The position numbers were made by a program, and so were the translations under genes. Below, one piece after another: positions 27,711 to 38,458 of a stretch of 64,000 nt of DNA. Where the stretch lies: contig JANYAV010000014.1 in assembly GCA_025361145.1 (NCBI GenBank), forward strand, positions 5,658 through 69,657. Reading direction: 5' to 3'. The DNA is from Dehalococcoidia bacterium (GTDB lineage: Bacteria; Chloroflexota; Dehalococcoidia; Dehalococcoidales; UBA3254). Positions within the stretch are counted from its first letter, which is position 1. Every line of letters starts with the position of its first letter. Below the pieces are notes generated by a model. That model was not told the DNA's origin. It saw only the letters and a list, made by a program, of their open reading frames with translations, and did no database searches.

Positions 27711-29927
27711 ATGTTGAACCTGATCAAACGCCTGCAACCCTTTACCTGGTTAATAGTGATTATCTTCGCTCTGCTTTTCGGTCAAGCAATGACCGATTTG
27801 ACCCTGCCAGATTATATGTCTCGCATTATCAACGTGGGTATTCAGCAGAACGGCGTTGAGAACCCGGCTCCGGAAGCGATACGCGCCTCGGAGATGGCTA
27901 AACTTAAGATATTGATGAGCGACGAAGATCGTGCCGTAGTTAACGCGGATTATCGTTTTTTGAATAACACCTCGGAAAACTCTGCAGATCTGGAAAAGAA
28001 ATATCCAATTCTAACCACTGAACCTATTTATGAATTAAAGACTGAAGCCCGAAGCGCCATGCCAGCCCTAAATACGATCTTCAGCAAGCCTGAAATGGTG
28101 GTTTACTTGATCGAGAAGAATGGACTGGGATCGATGACCGGCGGTAACATCCCAACTTTACCGGCAGGGGTAGATCCCTTTCAATATTTTGCTGAATTGC
28201 CAGCCGCACAGCAAGTTGCTGCGCGCACTATGGTACTCGAGCAGTTGAAAGCCATACCCGATAAAAGTGTGGCACAAACTGCTGTAGGTTATGTTTATAA
28301 CGAATATACCACGATTGGCATAAATGTGGGGAAAATACAAAGAGATTACCTGATGCGGATCGGCGGTTTTATGCTCTTACTCGCTTTGTTAGGTGTAATC
28401 GCTTCCGTAACAGTAGGTTTACTGTCGGCACGCATCGCGGCGGCTTTTGCTAGAGATACCCGCCAGAGAATTTTTAGAAAAGTTGAGAATTTTTCCAACG
28501 CGGAATTTGATAAGTTTTCAACCGCTTCTTTAATCACTCGTTCCACCAACGATATTACACAATTGCAGATGGTCCTGATCATGCTCCTCCGGGTAGTATT
28601 TTACGCGCCAATTATGGCCATAGGCGGCATCATTAAAGCCGTGAGTTTGGACCTATCGATGTCCTGGATTATAGTAGCAGCTGTAATGGCTTTAATAATG
28701 ATGATTGGTGTCGTATTCATCATCGCGGTACCTAAATTCAGAATCGTGCAAAAATTAATTGACCGATTAAATCTGGTCACCCGTGAAATGCTGACCGGTT
28801 TGATGGTGGTACGGGCTTTTAATACGCAAGCTTATGAGCTGAATAAATTTGATAAAGCTAATGTGGAATTAAATAACACTAACCTTTTTATCAACAAAGT
28901 GATGGTCTTTATGATGCCGGCTATGATGTTCATAATGAACGCTGTCATGCTGTTGATCATCTGGTTCGGTGCCAAGCAGATAGATGCCGGGGCGATGCAA
29001 GTGGGCAATATGATGGCTTATATGCAGTACGTAATCATGATTCTGATGTCCTTTATGTTCGTTTCTTTGATCTTCATTATGCTGCCACGCGCCAGCGTTT
29101 CCGCTACACGAATCAATGAAGTGCTAGAAACAGAGCTAACCATTCTGGATCCCGCCCAACCACGCCATTCCGAAAGCGGCATCAAGGGCACAGTCGAATT
29201 TCAGAAAGTTTGTTTTAAATATCCAGGAGCCGAAGATTATGTTTTAAAAAATATAACCTTTGCTGTTAAATCCGGACAAACGACAGCTTTAATCGGTGGT
29301 ACAGGCAGTGGTAAATCTACACTGATAAACTTGATTTTACGTTTCTACGATGTGACAGAAGGTAAGATATTGGTGGATAATCTGGATATCCGAGAGGTTA
29401 CCCAACACGGTTTGCGGGAAAAAATAGGGTATGTGCCGCAAAAAAGCACCCTATTTTCAGGAACGGTAGAGGACAATATTAGATATGGTAATGAAACTGC
29501 TTCCGAAGGGGACATTGAGAAGGCGGCGACGATCGCCCAGGCAGTGGAGTTCATCAAGAGCAGTGATAAGGGTTTTAAGACCGATATTGCTCAGGGCGGC
29601 GCTAACCTTTCCGGCGGACAGAAACAAAGGCTTTCAATCGCCAGAGCATTGGCCAAAAAACCTGAGATTTACATCTTTGATGACAGCTTCTCTGCTCTGG
29701 ACTTCAAGACTGATGCTGAGTTAAGAAAGGCTTTACGTAAAGAAACTAAAGAAGCCACAGTTTTGATTGTAGGCCAAAGAATAAGCACCATTATGAACGC
29801 TGATAGTATCGTTGTTTTGGATGATGGCCGAATTGCCGGAACAGGTACACATAAAGAACTAATGGAAACCTGTGGAGTGTACAGGGAGCTTGCTCAATCC
29901 CAACTTTCAAAGGAGGAACTGGCCTGA
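27711..29927 (+). CDS. ABC exporter, fused TMD-NBD (heterodimer subunit A, degenerate site)
   Basis: GGTGSGKS, LSGGQKQR, IFDDS and GQR degenerate motifs; large extracytoplasmic insert. Confidence 0.9.
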   Translation: MLNLIKRLQPFTWLIVIIFALLFGQAMTDLTLPDYMSRIINVGIQQNGVENPAPEAIRASEMAKLKILMSDEDRAVVNADYRFLNNTSENSADLEKKYPILTTEPIYELKTEARSAMPALNTIFSKPEMVVYLIEKNGLGSMTGGNIPTLPAGVDPFQYFAELPAAQQVAARTMVLEQLKAIPDKSVAQTAVGYVYNEYTTIGINVGKIQRDYLMRIGGFMLLLALLGVIASVTVGLLSARIAAAFARDTRQRIFRKVENFSNAEFDKFSTASLITRSTNDITQLQMVLIMLLRVVFYAPIMAIGGIIKAVSLDLSMSWIIVAAVMALIMMIGVVFIIAVPKFRIVQKLIDRLNLVTREMLTGLMVVRAFNTQAYELNKFDKANVELNNTNLFINKVMVFMMPAMMFIMNAVMLLIIWFGAKQIDAGAMQVGNMMAYMQYVIMILMSFMFVSLIFIMLPRASVSATRINEVLETELTILDPAQPRHSESGIKGTVEFQKVCFKYPGAEDYVLKNITFAVKSGQTTALIGGTGSGKSTLINLILRFYDVTEGKILVDNLDIREVTQHGLREKIGYVPQKSTLFSGTVEDNIRYGNETASEGDIEKAATIAQAVEFIKSSDKGFKTDIAQGGANLSGGQKQRLSIARALAKKPEIYIFDDSFSALDFKTDAELRKALRKETKEATVLIVGQRISTIMNADSIVVLDDGRIAGTGTHKELMETCGVYRELAQSQLSKEELA

Positions 29928-31828
29928 TGAGCGAGCGTATAAGCGGGCGACCTGTGGATTCCCAATTCAAAGTAGAGCAACAACCTCGAGGCCCAGGTGG
30001 GCCAGGCAGAGGTGGGCCGATGCACATGGGCGGTAGCGGCGAAAAAGCTCGAAATTTTAAAGCCACTATGAAAACCATGTTGCATTATCTGCGTCCATAT
30101 CGAGTTCCTATTCTGGCGGTACTTATTTTATCCATAATTAGTACGGTGTTTGCCATATTTGGGCCCAAGATCCTGGGTTATGCTACCACACGGCTGTTTG
30201 AAGGCGCGGTGGCTAAAATCATGCATGTGCCCGGAGCTGCCATCGATTACACCTATATCGGTAACCTGATTTTACTTTTGATTGTCCTATATATAATCAG
30301 CGCGGGTACCGGATATTTGCAGGGGCTAATTATGGCCAATGTTTCTGCAAGATTAACCTATGATCTAAGAAACAGAATAGCCGAGAAGATAAATCTGCTG
30401 CCTTTCAAATATTTTGATAAACAGTCATATGGCAACGTCTTAAGCCGGGTGACCAATGATGTAGATACGATCTACAATTCTTTAAGTCAGAGCATGTCCC
30501 AGTTGGTGTCTTCAGTCGTGATGATTATAGGTATTTTGATCATGATGTTTACAATCAACTGGTTAATGACGCTGGTAGCACTGGTAGTCTTGCCCTTATC
30601 CGTGATTTTAATTTCTTTCTTTGTAAAAAAATCGCAGATATATTTTAAGCAAAACCAGAATTACCTGGGCGAAATTAACGGACACATAGAAGAGATGTAC
30701 AGCGGTCATAATGTAATGCGCGCTTTCAACGGAGAAGAGAAATCCATCACCAAATTTGATGGAATAAATAAAAGATTATATACAGTGGGCTGGAAATCGC
30801 AATTTTTTGCTTCTATGATGATGCCGGTCACGCAATTTATCGGCAACCTTGGATATGTAGCGATCTGTATCTTGGGCGGCTATCTGGCAATTATTAAGAC
30901 CATCACGGTGGGTGATATTTTGGCCTTTATACAGTACGTCAGGCAATTTAACCAGCCTATTACCCAGGCGGCCAATATGGCGGGTATTTTGCAATCTTTC
31001 GCAGCGGCTGCAGAACGTGTTTTCGAATTTTTGAATGAAGAAGAGGAAATTGCTGAATCAACTCAAGCTGTTAAGATCAATAATGTAGAGGGACGGGTCA
31101 CTTTCGATAAAATTGATTTCGGTTACAATCCGGATAAAATCATCATCAAAGATTTCTCAATCGATATAAAATCAGGACAGCGCGTGGCTATAGTAGGCCC
31201 AACAGGGGCAGGAAAGACGACTTTGGTGAAGCTGCTCATGCGTTTCTATGAAGTAAACAAAGGCGTGATAAAAGTAGATGGCGTGGATATTCGACAGATG
31301 AAGCGTAATGATTTGCGCAGTATCTTCGGTATGGTTTTACAGGACACATGGTTATTTAATGGCACGATCAAAGAAAACATACGCTATGGCAATGCGGGCG
31401 CCACGGATGAAGATGTACTGGCAGCCGCGAAAATCGCCTATGTGGATCATTTTGTGCATGCTCTGCCCGGGGGCTATGATATGGTATTGAACGAAGAGGC
31501 CAGCAACATTTCTCAAGGACAAAAACAGCTTCTGACCATCGCGAGAGCGGTACTGGCTAATCCAAGAATATTGATTCTGGATGAGGCAACCAGCTCTGTG
31601 GATACCAGAACTGAGATTTTAATACAAAAAGCGATGGAAAAGTTAATGAAAAACCGGACCAGCTTTATCATCGCTCACCGGCTTTCAACAATTCGTAATG
31701 CCGATGTCATCCTGGTTATGAAAGACGGCGCGATTGTCGAGCAAGGCGATCACAATGGCCTGTTAGCTGCCAACGGAGCATATGCGTCGATTTACAATAG
31801 CCAGTTTGAAACCGGTCTGGTAAGCTGA
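29927..31828 (+). CDS. ABC exporter, fused TMD-NBD (heterodimer subunit B)
   Basis: GPTGAGKT, ISQGQKQ, ILDEATS, IAHRLST; start overlaps the upstream stop (TGATG). Confidence 0.9.
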   Translation: MSERISGRPVDSQFKVEQQPRGPGGPGRGGPMHMGGSGEKARNFKATMKTMLHYLRPYRVPILAVLILSIISTVFAIFGPKILGYATTRLFEGAVAKIMHVPGAAIDYTYIGNLILLLIVLYIISAGTGYLQGLIMANVSARLTYDLRNRIAEKINLLPFKYFDKQSYGNVLSRVTNDVDTIYNSLSQSMSQLVSSVVMIIGILIMMFTINWLMTLVALVVLPLSVILISFFVKKSQIYFKQNQNYLGEINGHIEEMYSGHNVMRAFNGEEKSITKFDGINKRLYTVGWKSQFFASMMMPVTQFIGNLGYVAICILGGYLAIIKTITVGDILAFIQYVRQFNQPITQAANMAGILQSFAAAAERVFEFLNEEEEIAESTQAVKINNVEGRVTFDKIDFGYNPDKIIIKDFSIDIKSGQRVAIVGPTGAGKTTLVKLLMRFYEVNKGVIKVDGVDIRQMKRNDLRSIFGMVLQDTWLFNGTIKENIRYGNAGATDEDVLAAAKIAYVDHFVHALPGGYDMVLNEEASNISQGQKQLLTIARAVLANPRILILDEATSSVDTRTEILIQKAMEKLMKNRTSFIIAHRLSTIRNADVILVMKDGAIVEQGDHNGLLAANGAYASIYNSQFETGLVS

Positions 31829-31897
31829 CGGTTTATCTAAAACGATGCTTTTATAAGTTATTTAGACGCCTTTGATTACTTATGTTTGATATCGGAC

Positions 31898-31930
31898 TTG
31901 ACAAGACGGGGTAATAGGTACTATAGTACC
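31898..31930 (+). promoter_or_regulatory. Promoter with a 14-bp palindrome over the -10
   Basis: TTGACA at 31898; GGTACTATAGTACC at 31917-31930. Confidence 0.55.
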
Positions 31931-31954
31931 CCCTATGATCAAGGGGAAGACTAA

Positions 31955-32233
31955 TTGAGAGTAAATCGAAGACGCTCTGATATTGAAATCATCGCCGAAA
32001 TGCTGAAAGTAGGCGAGAATGGCGCGGGTAAAACCGAGATCATGTATAGCGTTAACATGAGCTACAGTCAGATACAGAAGTATCTCGGTTACCTGTTAAG
32101 CGAAGGGTTTATCGATACTATAAAAATCGGGAATCCCTGCGTGTACTATCGTGTTACTGAAAAGGGTCAGCGTTTATTGACTCTTCTTACCGATGTTAAA
32201 GACATGTTAGGGCTGGACGATCTAGTTATATAA
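31955..32233 (+). CDS. Winged-helix DNA-binding protein (HTH_45-like)
   Basis: RRSDIEII..KTEIMY.VNMSY.Q.QKYL..L...YRVTEKG. Confidence 0.8.
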   Translation: MRVNRRRSDIEIIAEMLKVGENGAGKTEIMYSVNMSYSQIQKYLGYLLSEGFIDTIKIGNPCVYYRVTEKGQRLLTLLTDVKDMLGLDDLVI

Positions 32234-32304
32234 CTTTCATACTGCGAATGGCTGCCTGTTAGAGTTTTCCCGGTTGTTCAAAGTATACTGATAAAGGAAC
32301 TGAG

Positions 32305-32649
32305 ATGACTGACAAGAGAATGCTGATTGTAGACGAAGAGATCTTAAACCAGATCGATCAGAATCGTGGCGATATGAGCAGAGCAGAATTTATTAGCTTC
32401 CTCATAAATAGTCAATTAGGCGAAAACGAAAGTGAAAGTGCCACAGCCATAGCTCCCCAATATGTAGATAGAGAAGAATTTCAAGAGTTCACTCAAGGCA
32501 TGAAAGACCTCTTAAAGCGTTTTCTGGATTTCTTCATCAGCTACGGGCTGGAATTGGGTCCAGAACCCAAGGACAATACTTTTTCTGACCTGGTGCAGAA
32601 ATTGCAGACTCTTTCCGCCAACAGCGGTAAACCTAAGGTAAGCAAATAA
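32305..32649 (+). CDS. Hypothetical protein with a ribbon-helix-helix-like N-terminus
   Basis: LIVDEEILNQID..RGDMSRAEFI pattern; AAGGA RBS. Confidence 0.65.
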   Translation: MTDKRMLIVDEEILNQIDQNRGDMSRAEFISFLINSQLGENESESATAIAPQYVDREEFQEFTQGMKDLLKRFLDFFISYGLELGPEPKDNTFSDLVQKLQTLSANSGKPKVSK

Positions 32650-32896
32650 TCATCATATTTTCTTTTTTCAAGGCCTCAACATGTCTGAAAACTACCTCAC
32701 TATAACTGTATATATTATGGGATAGAACAATCTTCTAGAACTATATAGCTTCCGCATTCAATTCTAATCTGTCATTGTACTCTTGGGCTGAATAAAGCGC
32801 AGGAGTACTGTACCCTTTGTAAACGGCTATTTTGAACGTAATTCTTGCGCCACAGCCTCGATATCGATCCTTAATGGCTTCTGATATGGAGGTTTT

Positions 32897-34567
32897 ATGC
32901 CAAGAGCAATTGAGTTATTGAGACAAGGTCGTCATGACGAAATCTGGGAGATGTGCTGCGGGTATCTTAAATTGGATATTACCCAATTCATGAAAGTACA
33001 GAAACGTCTTCTTTTAGGTCAAATAGAGCTTCTAAATCATTCCGGTATTGGTAAAAAAATCATGGGTGGATCCTTCCCTACAACTGTAGAAGAGTTCCGC
33101 GAGTCTGTGCCTCTGACAAATTACGGAGCGTATTGTCCAGAACTCTCTGAGAAGATTGAAAACAATCTACCTGCAAAACCGGCGATGTGGGTTCATACAT
33201 CTGGCAGAACAGGCGAATATTCATGCAAATGGATCCCCATAACCACATCATATATTGAGAAATTGAGTGAAATATTATATGGCATAGGGTTACTCTCATC
33301 TGCCAGGAAATGGGGTGATTTGTCTCCTTTTATTGAATGTCCAAATATGATGTATACAGTTGCTCCCAGGCCCTATATGTCGGGTGCACTTGCGAGTATG
33401 TTAGAAAAACAGACTCCTTCTAGTTACTTTCCACCTTTAAACACAGCTGAAAACTTACCTTTTGAAGAAAGAATAAAATTAGGATTTGATAATGCTTTAT
33501 CAAACGGTTTAGATTATTTTTTTGGGCTATCTCTGGTTCTTTCAACAGTTGGTGATAAATTCACTCAGTCTTCAAAAAGTAGGAACATCCGTCCTTTGCT
33601 TTCCAGACCCAAAGCACTGACCAGATTAACCAAAGGATTGATAAAGAGTCGCCTGGCTAGACGCCAGATGCTTCCAAAAGACTTATGGAATTTAAAAGGA
33701 ATTATTACAAGCGGGTTGGATAGCTCAGTTTATAAAGAAAAAATAAAGGAATATTGGGGCAGATATCCCCTGGATATTTATTCAAGCACTGAAGCCGGGG
33801 TTGTGGCGACTCAAACCTGGGATTACGAGGGTATGACTTTTATTCCTAATTTGAATTTCCTGGAATTCATTCCTGAAAAAGAACACATGAAATGGCAAAT
33901 CAACCATAAATATCAACCTAAAACGGTATTATTAGATGAAGTTAAAGCAGGAGAATGCTACGAGATCGTTATCACAAGTTTCCATGGCGGATCCCTTATT
34001 CGTTATCGTATCGGTGATATGATTCGAATAACCTCACTTCAGAATGAGAATTTGGGTATCAACACCCCCCAAATGGCATTCGAAAGAAGGGCCGATGATC
34101 TTATTGATTTCAATGTTATTAGATTAACAGAAAAGTCTATCTGGCAAGCTATCGAAAAAATCAAAATCCCCTATGAGGATTGGGTGGCTTTTAAATCCCC
34201 TGGGGAGATGACACTGAATGTATATATCGAACTTCGGGGTGGAAACCAAGTTAATGAAGCCATGATAGAAAAAGCTCTTCTACAGCAAATTATTAACGGA
34301 GATAATGATTCTTTTACCTCTTCACAGGTACACCAGGGAGTTTTGGATATGATTCCAATCAAGATAAAGGTAACAATATTACCATCGAGTACTTTTGCCC
34401 GGTATACCGCTCAAAAACGAGCTGAAGGAGCGGATATCGCCCATCTTAAAGCACAACATGTAAATCCGTCGCAAAAAGTTTTGGCTTCGCTCTTAAGTAC
34501 CTCAAATTATGTTTCAGGAATGACGAAAAAAGTGATATCACAAGAAACAACCGTTTCAGTGGTGTAG
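32897..34567 (+). CDS. GH3-family acyl-adenylate/acyl-acid-amido synthetase
   Basis: VPLTNY, HTSGRTG..KWIP, YSSTEAG, FLEFIP, YEIVIT..RYRIGD. Confidence 0.85.
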   Translation: MPRAIELLRQGRHDEIWEMCCGYLKLDITQFMKVQKRLLLGQIELLNHSGIGKKIMGGSFPTTVEEFRESVPLTNYGAYCPELSEKIENNLPAKPAMWVHTSGRTGEYSCKWIPITTSYIEKLSEILYGIGLLSSARKWGDLSPFIECPNMMYTVAPRPYMSGALASMLEKQTPSSYFPPLNTAENLPFEERIKLGFDNALSNGLDYFFGLSLVLSTVGDKFTQSSKSRNIRPLLSRPKALTRLTKGLIKSRLARRQMLPKDLWNLKGIITSGLDSSVYKEKIKEYWGRYPLDIYSSTEAGVVATQTWDYEGMTFIPNLNFLEFIPEKEHMKWQINHKYQPKTVLLDEVKAGECYEIVITSFHGGSLIRYRIGDMIRITSLQNENLGINTPQMAFERRADDLIDFNVIRLTEKSIWQAIEKIKIPYEDWVAFKSPGEMTLNVYIELRGGNQVNEAMIEKALLQQIINGDNDSFTSSQVHQGVLDMIPIKIKVTILPSSTFARYTAQKRAEGADIAHLKAQHVNPSQKVLASLLSTSNYVSGMTKKVISQETTVSVV

Positions 34568-34645
34568 TATTTTAGTCCCTGTTTATTCTAAATATAGTCC
34601 GTAGAGCTTGACACTAGAAGCTTTTAAGACAATAATTGGCTTTAC

Positions 34646-37600
34646 ATGAACATTTATGCTTTTATTCCATTATGTGCAACGATTGCTTATATTCCGTTAC
34701 TGGTAACCACTGCCAGTACTCGGCCCTGGCGTTCGCAGCATAAGCTCTTTTTATTATTTCTCATAACCGCTATGTTATGGAGCTTGACGGATTACGTTTT
34801 CCGTGCAAATATTTTAATACAATATAATCCCATTTTGTTCCGGACCACAATCGTTTTGGGTTTTGGCATGGCCATACAATTCCACTGCTTTGTTTCATAC
34901 TTTTTCCCTTCGGGCAGAGCTCGTTGGTTACCATTTGCATATGGTTGTCTAATGTTAATTATTGTTCTCGTAATTTTTAAAATAATACCTCAAAACATTG
35001 GTATGCACGGAGACTTGCTTGTTCCCAATTATGGCTTCTCAGTTGTTTTTTTAACTGTTCCTCTATTAACACTTCTTTTCAGAGATGTATATGTTCTTAT
35101 TCCAGGACTGAAGAGTCCGCAGAATCCAGTTTTATATAACCAAAAAATATCTCTCTTACTGAGTCTTGGAATACTGGCAGTATTCATGTCAATGTCAGTT
35201 TTTTCTTTTGGAAGCCGTTTTCCAATGAGCCATTTAGGCAATACAATCAACGCACTGGTATTAAGTTACGCGGTGGTGGGTCGGCAATTAGTAGATATAC
35301 GTTTTGTACTTCGCCGGGGTTTTATCTGGTTGAGTATTTCTTTAATTGGTATTGCTTGTTATCTAACATTACTTTTGGCTTTTCATGCCTTTATTGGGAT
35401 TGAACTGACCACAGTTTCTATGTTTTGTGCCATAATTTCAGGCGTCATATCGGTAATATTGATTTACAAACTGCGAGATTTGATATCACGTACTATGGGC
35501 AGGGCTTTTCAGGGTGATAGTTTTAAATATCGTGAACAGTTGATCGATTTTGCCAACAAAATCCATAATGTATTCAGCCTGAAAGAGCAAGGCGCTGAAT
35601 TGCTTAAGTTAACCATTCGTGCGATCGGCTGCAGTAAAGCCGGATTACTTTTCCTGGATTCGAACGGTGATTTCGAGACACAACTAGCTGAATCTGAGGA
35701 TAGTATTGGAGCACTGAGTCACTTCAAGATAAGAGGCGATAATCCTGTTATTGAATACATCAAGAGAGAGAGGCATCCGTTGACCAGAGAAAATCTGGCT
35801 ATATTACCTGAATTTTTAGGGCTCTGGCAGCAGGAGAAAGAAACCATCGATAAAAACGGTATAGAGCTTTTTATGCCGCTTATTAGCCGCGAAAGATTGA
35901 TCGGTTTACTGATTATGGATAAAAAAAGGTTAGGACATTACAATCTGGAAGACTATACCCTTCTGGAAGAAATTACTAACAAAGTAGCAGTCAGCATTGA
36001 GAAAGAATATCTGCGTGAACAACTAAAGGAGAGAGAGCAAGAGCTCTCGGTTATTAATCGTTCCAATGCCATTATATCTTCAAGCCTGGATATACAGAGA
36101 ATATATGACAACTTTATAAAAGAATTAAAGAATGTGGTTGATGTTGATTGGGCGGCGATAAGTGTAATAGAAGATACAGAAATTCATTTTATGGCGATCT
36201 TTACCGAACTAGGCTCTCCCTGGAAAGTTGGGGAAACAATTCCATTAAAGGGGACTGCCACGGAGTGGGTAGCCACACATCAGAAAACCTTGATTGAACC
36301 TGATCTGGCAATTGAAAATCGATTCTCTACCGGCAAGTATCACCTGCAGCAATCGCTCCGCTGTTTCGCTTTTATGCCACTAATAATTTCGAATCAGGTC
36401 ATCGGAGCACTATCCGTAGCCAGCAGGAAACCGGATGTTTACAACCCACGTCATATTAAATTACTGGAACAATTGGCTTCACAGATTTCTATGCCTATAG
36501 AAAACGCACGGTTATATGCCAAGTCTGAACGCATGGCTAGAGTAGATAGCCTGACCGGTTTGCTGAACCGCCGTTCTCTGGATGAAATACTACCCAGTGA
36601 AGTCGGACGTCATTCTCGCTACGGTGGTGTATTTTCTCTTATGATTCTGGATTTAGATTCTTTTAAAGCGCTGAATGATAGTTATGGGCATCTAGCTGGG
36701 GACGAATTACTGCGGCAGATAGGTATTATCATGAGCAATGCTATACGTGAGTCCGACCGTGCTTTCAGATATGGTGGAGATGAATTTGCCATTCTACTAC
36801 CTCAGACCTCTATCGAGGCAGCTACAAAAGTAGCCGAGCGAATTCGTCAGCAGACTTATGCCATGATGGAAATAGGATCGAAACCTATTAGCATTAGCCT
36901 GGGTTTGGCTAGTTGGCCTGCAGACGGTGTGGTGGCTAACGATATTGTAGCTGCGGCTGACGTCGCTTTGTATCAGGCAAAACGCGGCGGTGGCAATCGG
37001 ACTCAGTGTTCGGTTATCAAATTTAGTGCTGGGACGAAAGAGGCCGCCATAAGATCCAATGAGACCCATGATAGCAATGCTTTAAGCGCCATCTTTGCAA
37101 TGGCGGCCACAGTGGATACCCGGGACAGGTTCACTCATAATCACTCTAAAAGAGTGCATGAATTTACAATTGCTATCGGTAACGGCTTGGGGATGAAACC
37201 TCTGGAATTAAATCTCCTGGGGACATGCGCACTGCTCCATGATATTGGCAAGATCGGCATTAGCGATGAGATATTAAATAAACAAGAGATTTTATCAGAA
37301 TATGAATGGGAAACCATTAGATCCCATCCAATGCTGGGGGCGGCCATTGTCAGTCATTCCACCCAACTTAAACCCTGCATTGCAGGAATATTGCATCATC
37401 ACGAAAAATATGACGGTACAGGCTATCCGGATGCTTTGAAAGGGGGGGAGATACCTCTTGAATCACGCATACTGGCTATTGCGGATGCCTTTGCCGCGAT
37501 GACCTCAGAACGGGTGTATTCAAAAGAATTGACTTATGAAGCGGCCATAAGTGAGATCAAAGGTGGTGCCGGAGTGCAATTCGATCCGAAATTGGTTAAA

Positions 37601-37666
37601 ATATTTATTGAGGTAATACCCCATACCATCGCCTCTCCAGACCAGTCAAAGATAGGTATTGAATAA
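34646..37666 (+). CDS. Multi-pass membrane sensor-GAF-GAF-GGDEF-HD-GYP protein
   Basis: Hydrophobic N-terminus of ~270 aa, two GAF-like segments, RESD I-site with RYGGDEF, LHDIGK and HHEKYDGTGYP. Confidence 0.88.
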   Translation: MNIYAFIPLCATIAYIPLLVTTASTRPWRSQHKLFLLFLITAMLWSLTDYVFRANILIQYNPILFRTTIVLGFGMAIQFHCFVSYFFPSGRARWLPFAYGCLMLIIVLVIFKIIPQNIGMHGDLLVPNYGFSVVFLTVPLLTLLFRDVYVLIPGLKSPQNPVLYNQKISLLLSLGILAVFMSMSVFSFGSRFPMSHLGNTINALVLSYAVVGRQLVDIRFVLRRGFIWLSISLIGIACYLTLLLAFHAFIGIELTTVSMFCAIISGVISVILIYKLRDLISRTMGRAFQGDSFKYREQLIDFANKIHNVFSLKEQGAELLKLTIRAIGCSKAGLLFLDSNGDFETQLAESEDSIGALSHFKIRGDNPVIEYIKRERHPLTRENLAILPEFLGLWQQEKETIDKNGIELFMPLISRERLIGLLIMDKKRLGHYNLEDYTLLEEITNKVAVSIEKEYLREQLKEREQELSVINRSNAIISSSLDIQRIYDNFIKELKNVVDVDWAAISVIEDTEIHFMAIFTELGSPWKVGETIPLKGTATEWVATHQKTLIEPDLAIENRFSTGKYHLQQSLRCFAFMPLIISNQVIGALSVASRKPDVYNPRHIKLLEQLASQISMPIENARLYAKSERMARVDSLTGLLNRRSLDEILPSEVGRHSRYGGVFSLMILDLDSFKALNDSYGHLAGDELLRQIGIIMSNAIRESDRAFRYGGDEFAILLPQTSIEAATKVAERIRQQTYAMMEIGSKPISISLGLASWPADGVVANDIVAAADVALYQAKRGGGNRTQCSVIKFSAGTKEAAIRSNETHDSNALSAIFAMAATVDTRDRFTHNHSKRVHEFTIAIGNGLGMKPLELNLLGTCALLHDIGKIGISDEILNKQEILSEYEWETIRSHPMLGAAIVSHSTQLKPCIAGILHHHEKYDGTGYPDALKGGEIPLESRILAIADAFAAMTSERVYSKELTYEAAISEIKGGAGVQFDPKLVKIFIEVIPHTIASPDQSKIGIE

Positions 37667-37708
37667 TAAAGACGGTCTTTTTTTATTGACCGGACTTGGA
37701 GGAATGCA

Positions 37709-38389
37709 ATGGATTCGGAAAAGATTCAAGTCTATATAATAAGTCAGCAATCGTTGTTCAGACAGGGTATTCAGCACTCTCTGTCTAATATGCCAGATAT
37801 TATAGTATCCGGTACTGTTGACATTAGCGATAGTGTCCTGAATGTCGTGGATAATCTACCTCCGGATGTAGTACTTCTCGACATAGATGGATCTGCTGAA
37901 GCGGGTCTTACACTAGCTAAAAAGATCAAGCAGCATGCCCCCAGCGTCGCCATTGTAGTTTTGGCCTCTAATCCTAACGATGAACAGCTATTTGAAGTCT
38001 TAAAAGGCCAGGCTGCATCCTACCTTAGCAAGGAGAGTACGGCTGATCAGCTGTTAGATACTATCCGTCGCGTTGCCCATGGCGAGCATCCCATTAACGA
38101 AAGTTTGACTACTCGCCCTAAATTAGCAGAACAAGTACTGCTGCAGTTCCAGGAGCTTTCCAGAAGGTCGGTAGCTGAGGCAGTAATCTCGCCTCTAACT
38201 CCGCGAGAGATGGAAATTTTAAAATATATCGGTATGGGTTATTTAAATAAGCAGATAGCTGCTGAACTAAGTATCAGCGAGCAAACCATAAAGAACCATG
38301 TCACCTCTATACTAAGGAAATTGAATGCTAACGCTCGGACAGAAGCCGTGGTTTTGGCAATTAAGCAGGGTCTAATTACGATAAACTAA
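37709..38389 (+). CDS. NarL/LuxR-family response regulator with an atypical receiver domain
   Basis: REC fold (VVLLD) plus LTPREMEIL..NKQIA..TIKNHVTSI HTH. Confidence 0.9.
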   Translation: MDSEKIQVYIISQQSLFRQGIQHSLSNMPDIIVSGTVDISDSVLNVVDNLPPDVVLLDIDGSAEAGLTLAKKIKQHAPSVAIVVLASNPNDEQLFEVLKGQAASYLSKESTADQLLDTIRRVAHGEHPINESLTTRPKLAEQVLLQFQELSRRSVAEAVISPLTPREMEILKYIGMGYLNKQIAAELSISEQTIKNHVTSILRKLNANARTEAVVLAIKQGLITIN

Positions 38390-38400
38390 TTACCATTAAT

Positions 38401-38433
38401 AAAAAGCCTGCTCTTATTTTGAGCAGGCTTTTT
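38401..38433. terminator. Bidirectional intrinsic terminator
   Basis: aaaaagcctgctc-ttatttt-gagcaggcttttt. Confidence 0.85.
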
Positions 38434-38458
38434 ATTTTACAGTGGAATATAAGTGAAC

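Noticed and set aside
32723-32740. Second LexA box upstream of GH3 (agaacaatcttct)
   Set aside because: The right half does not match GTTC at N4 spacing.
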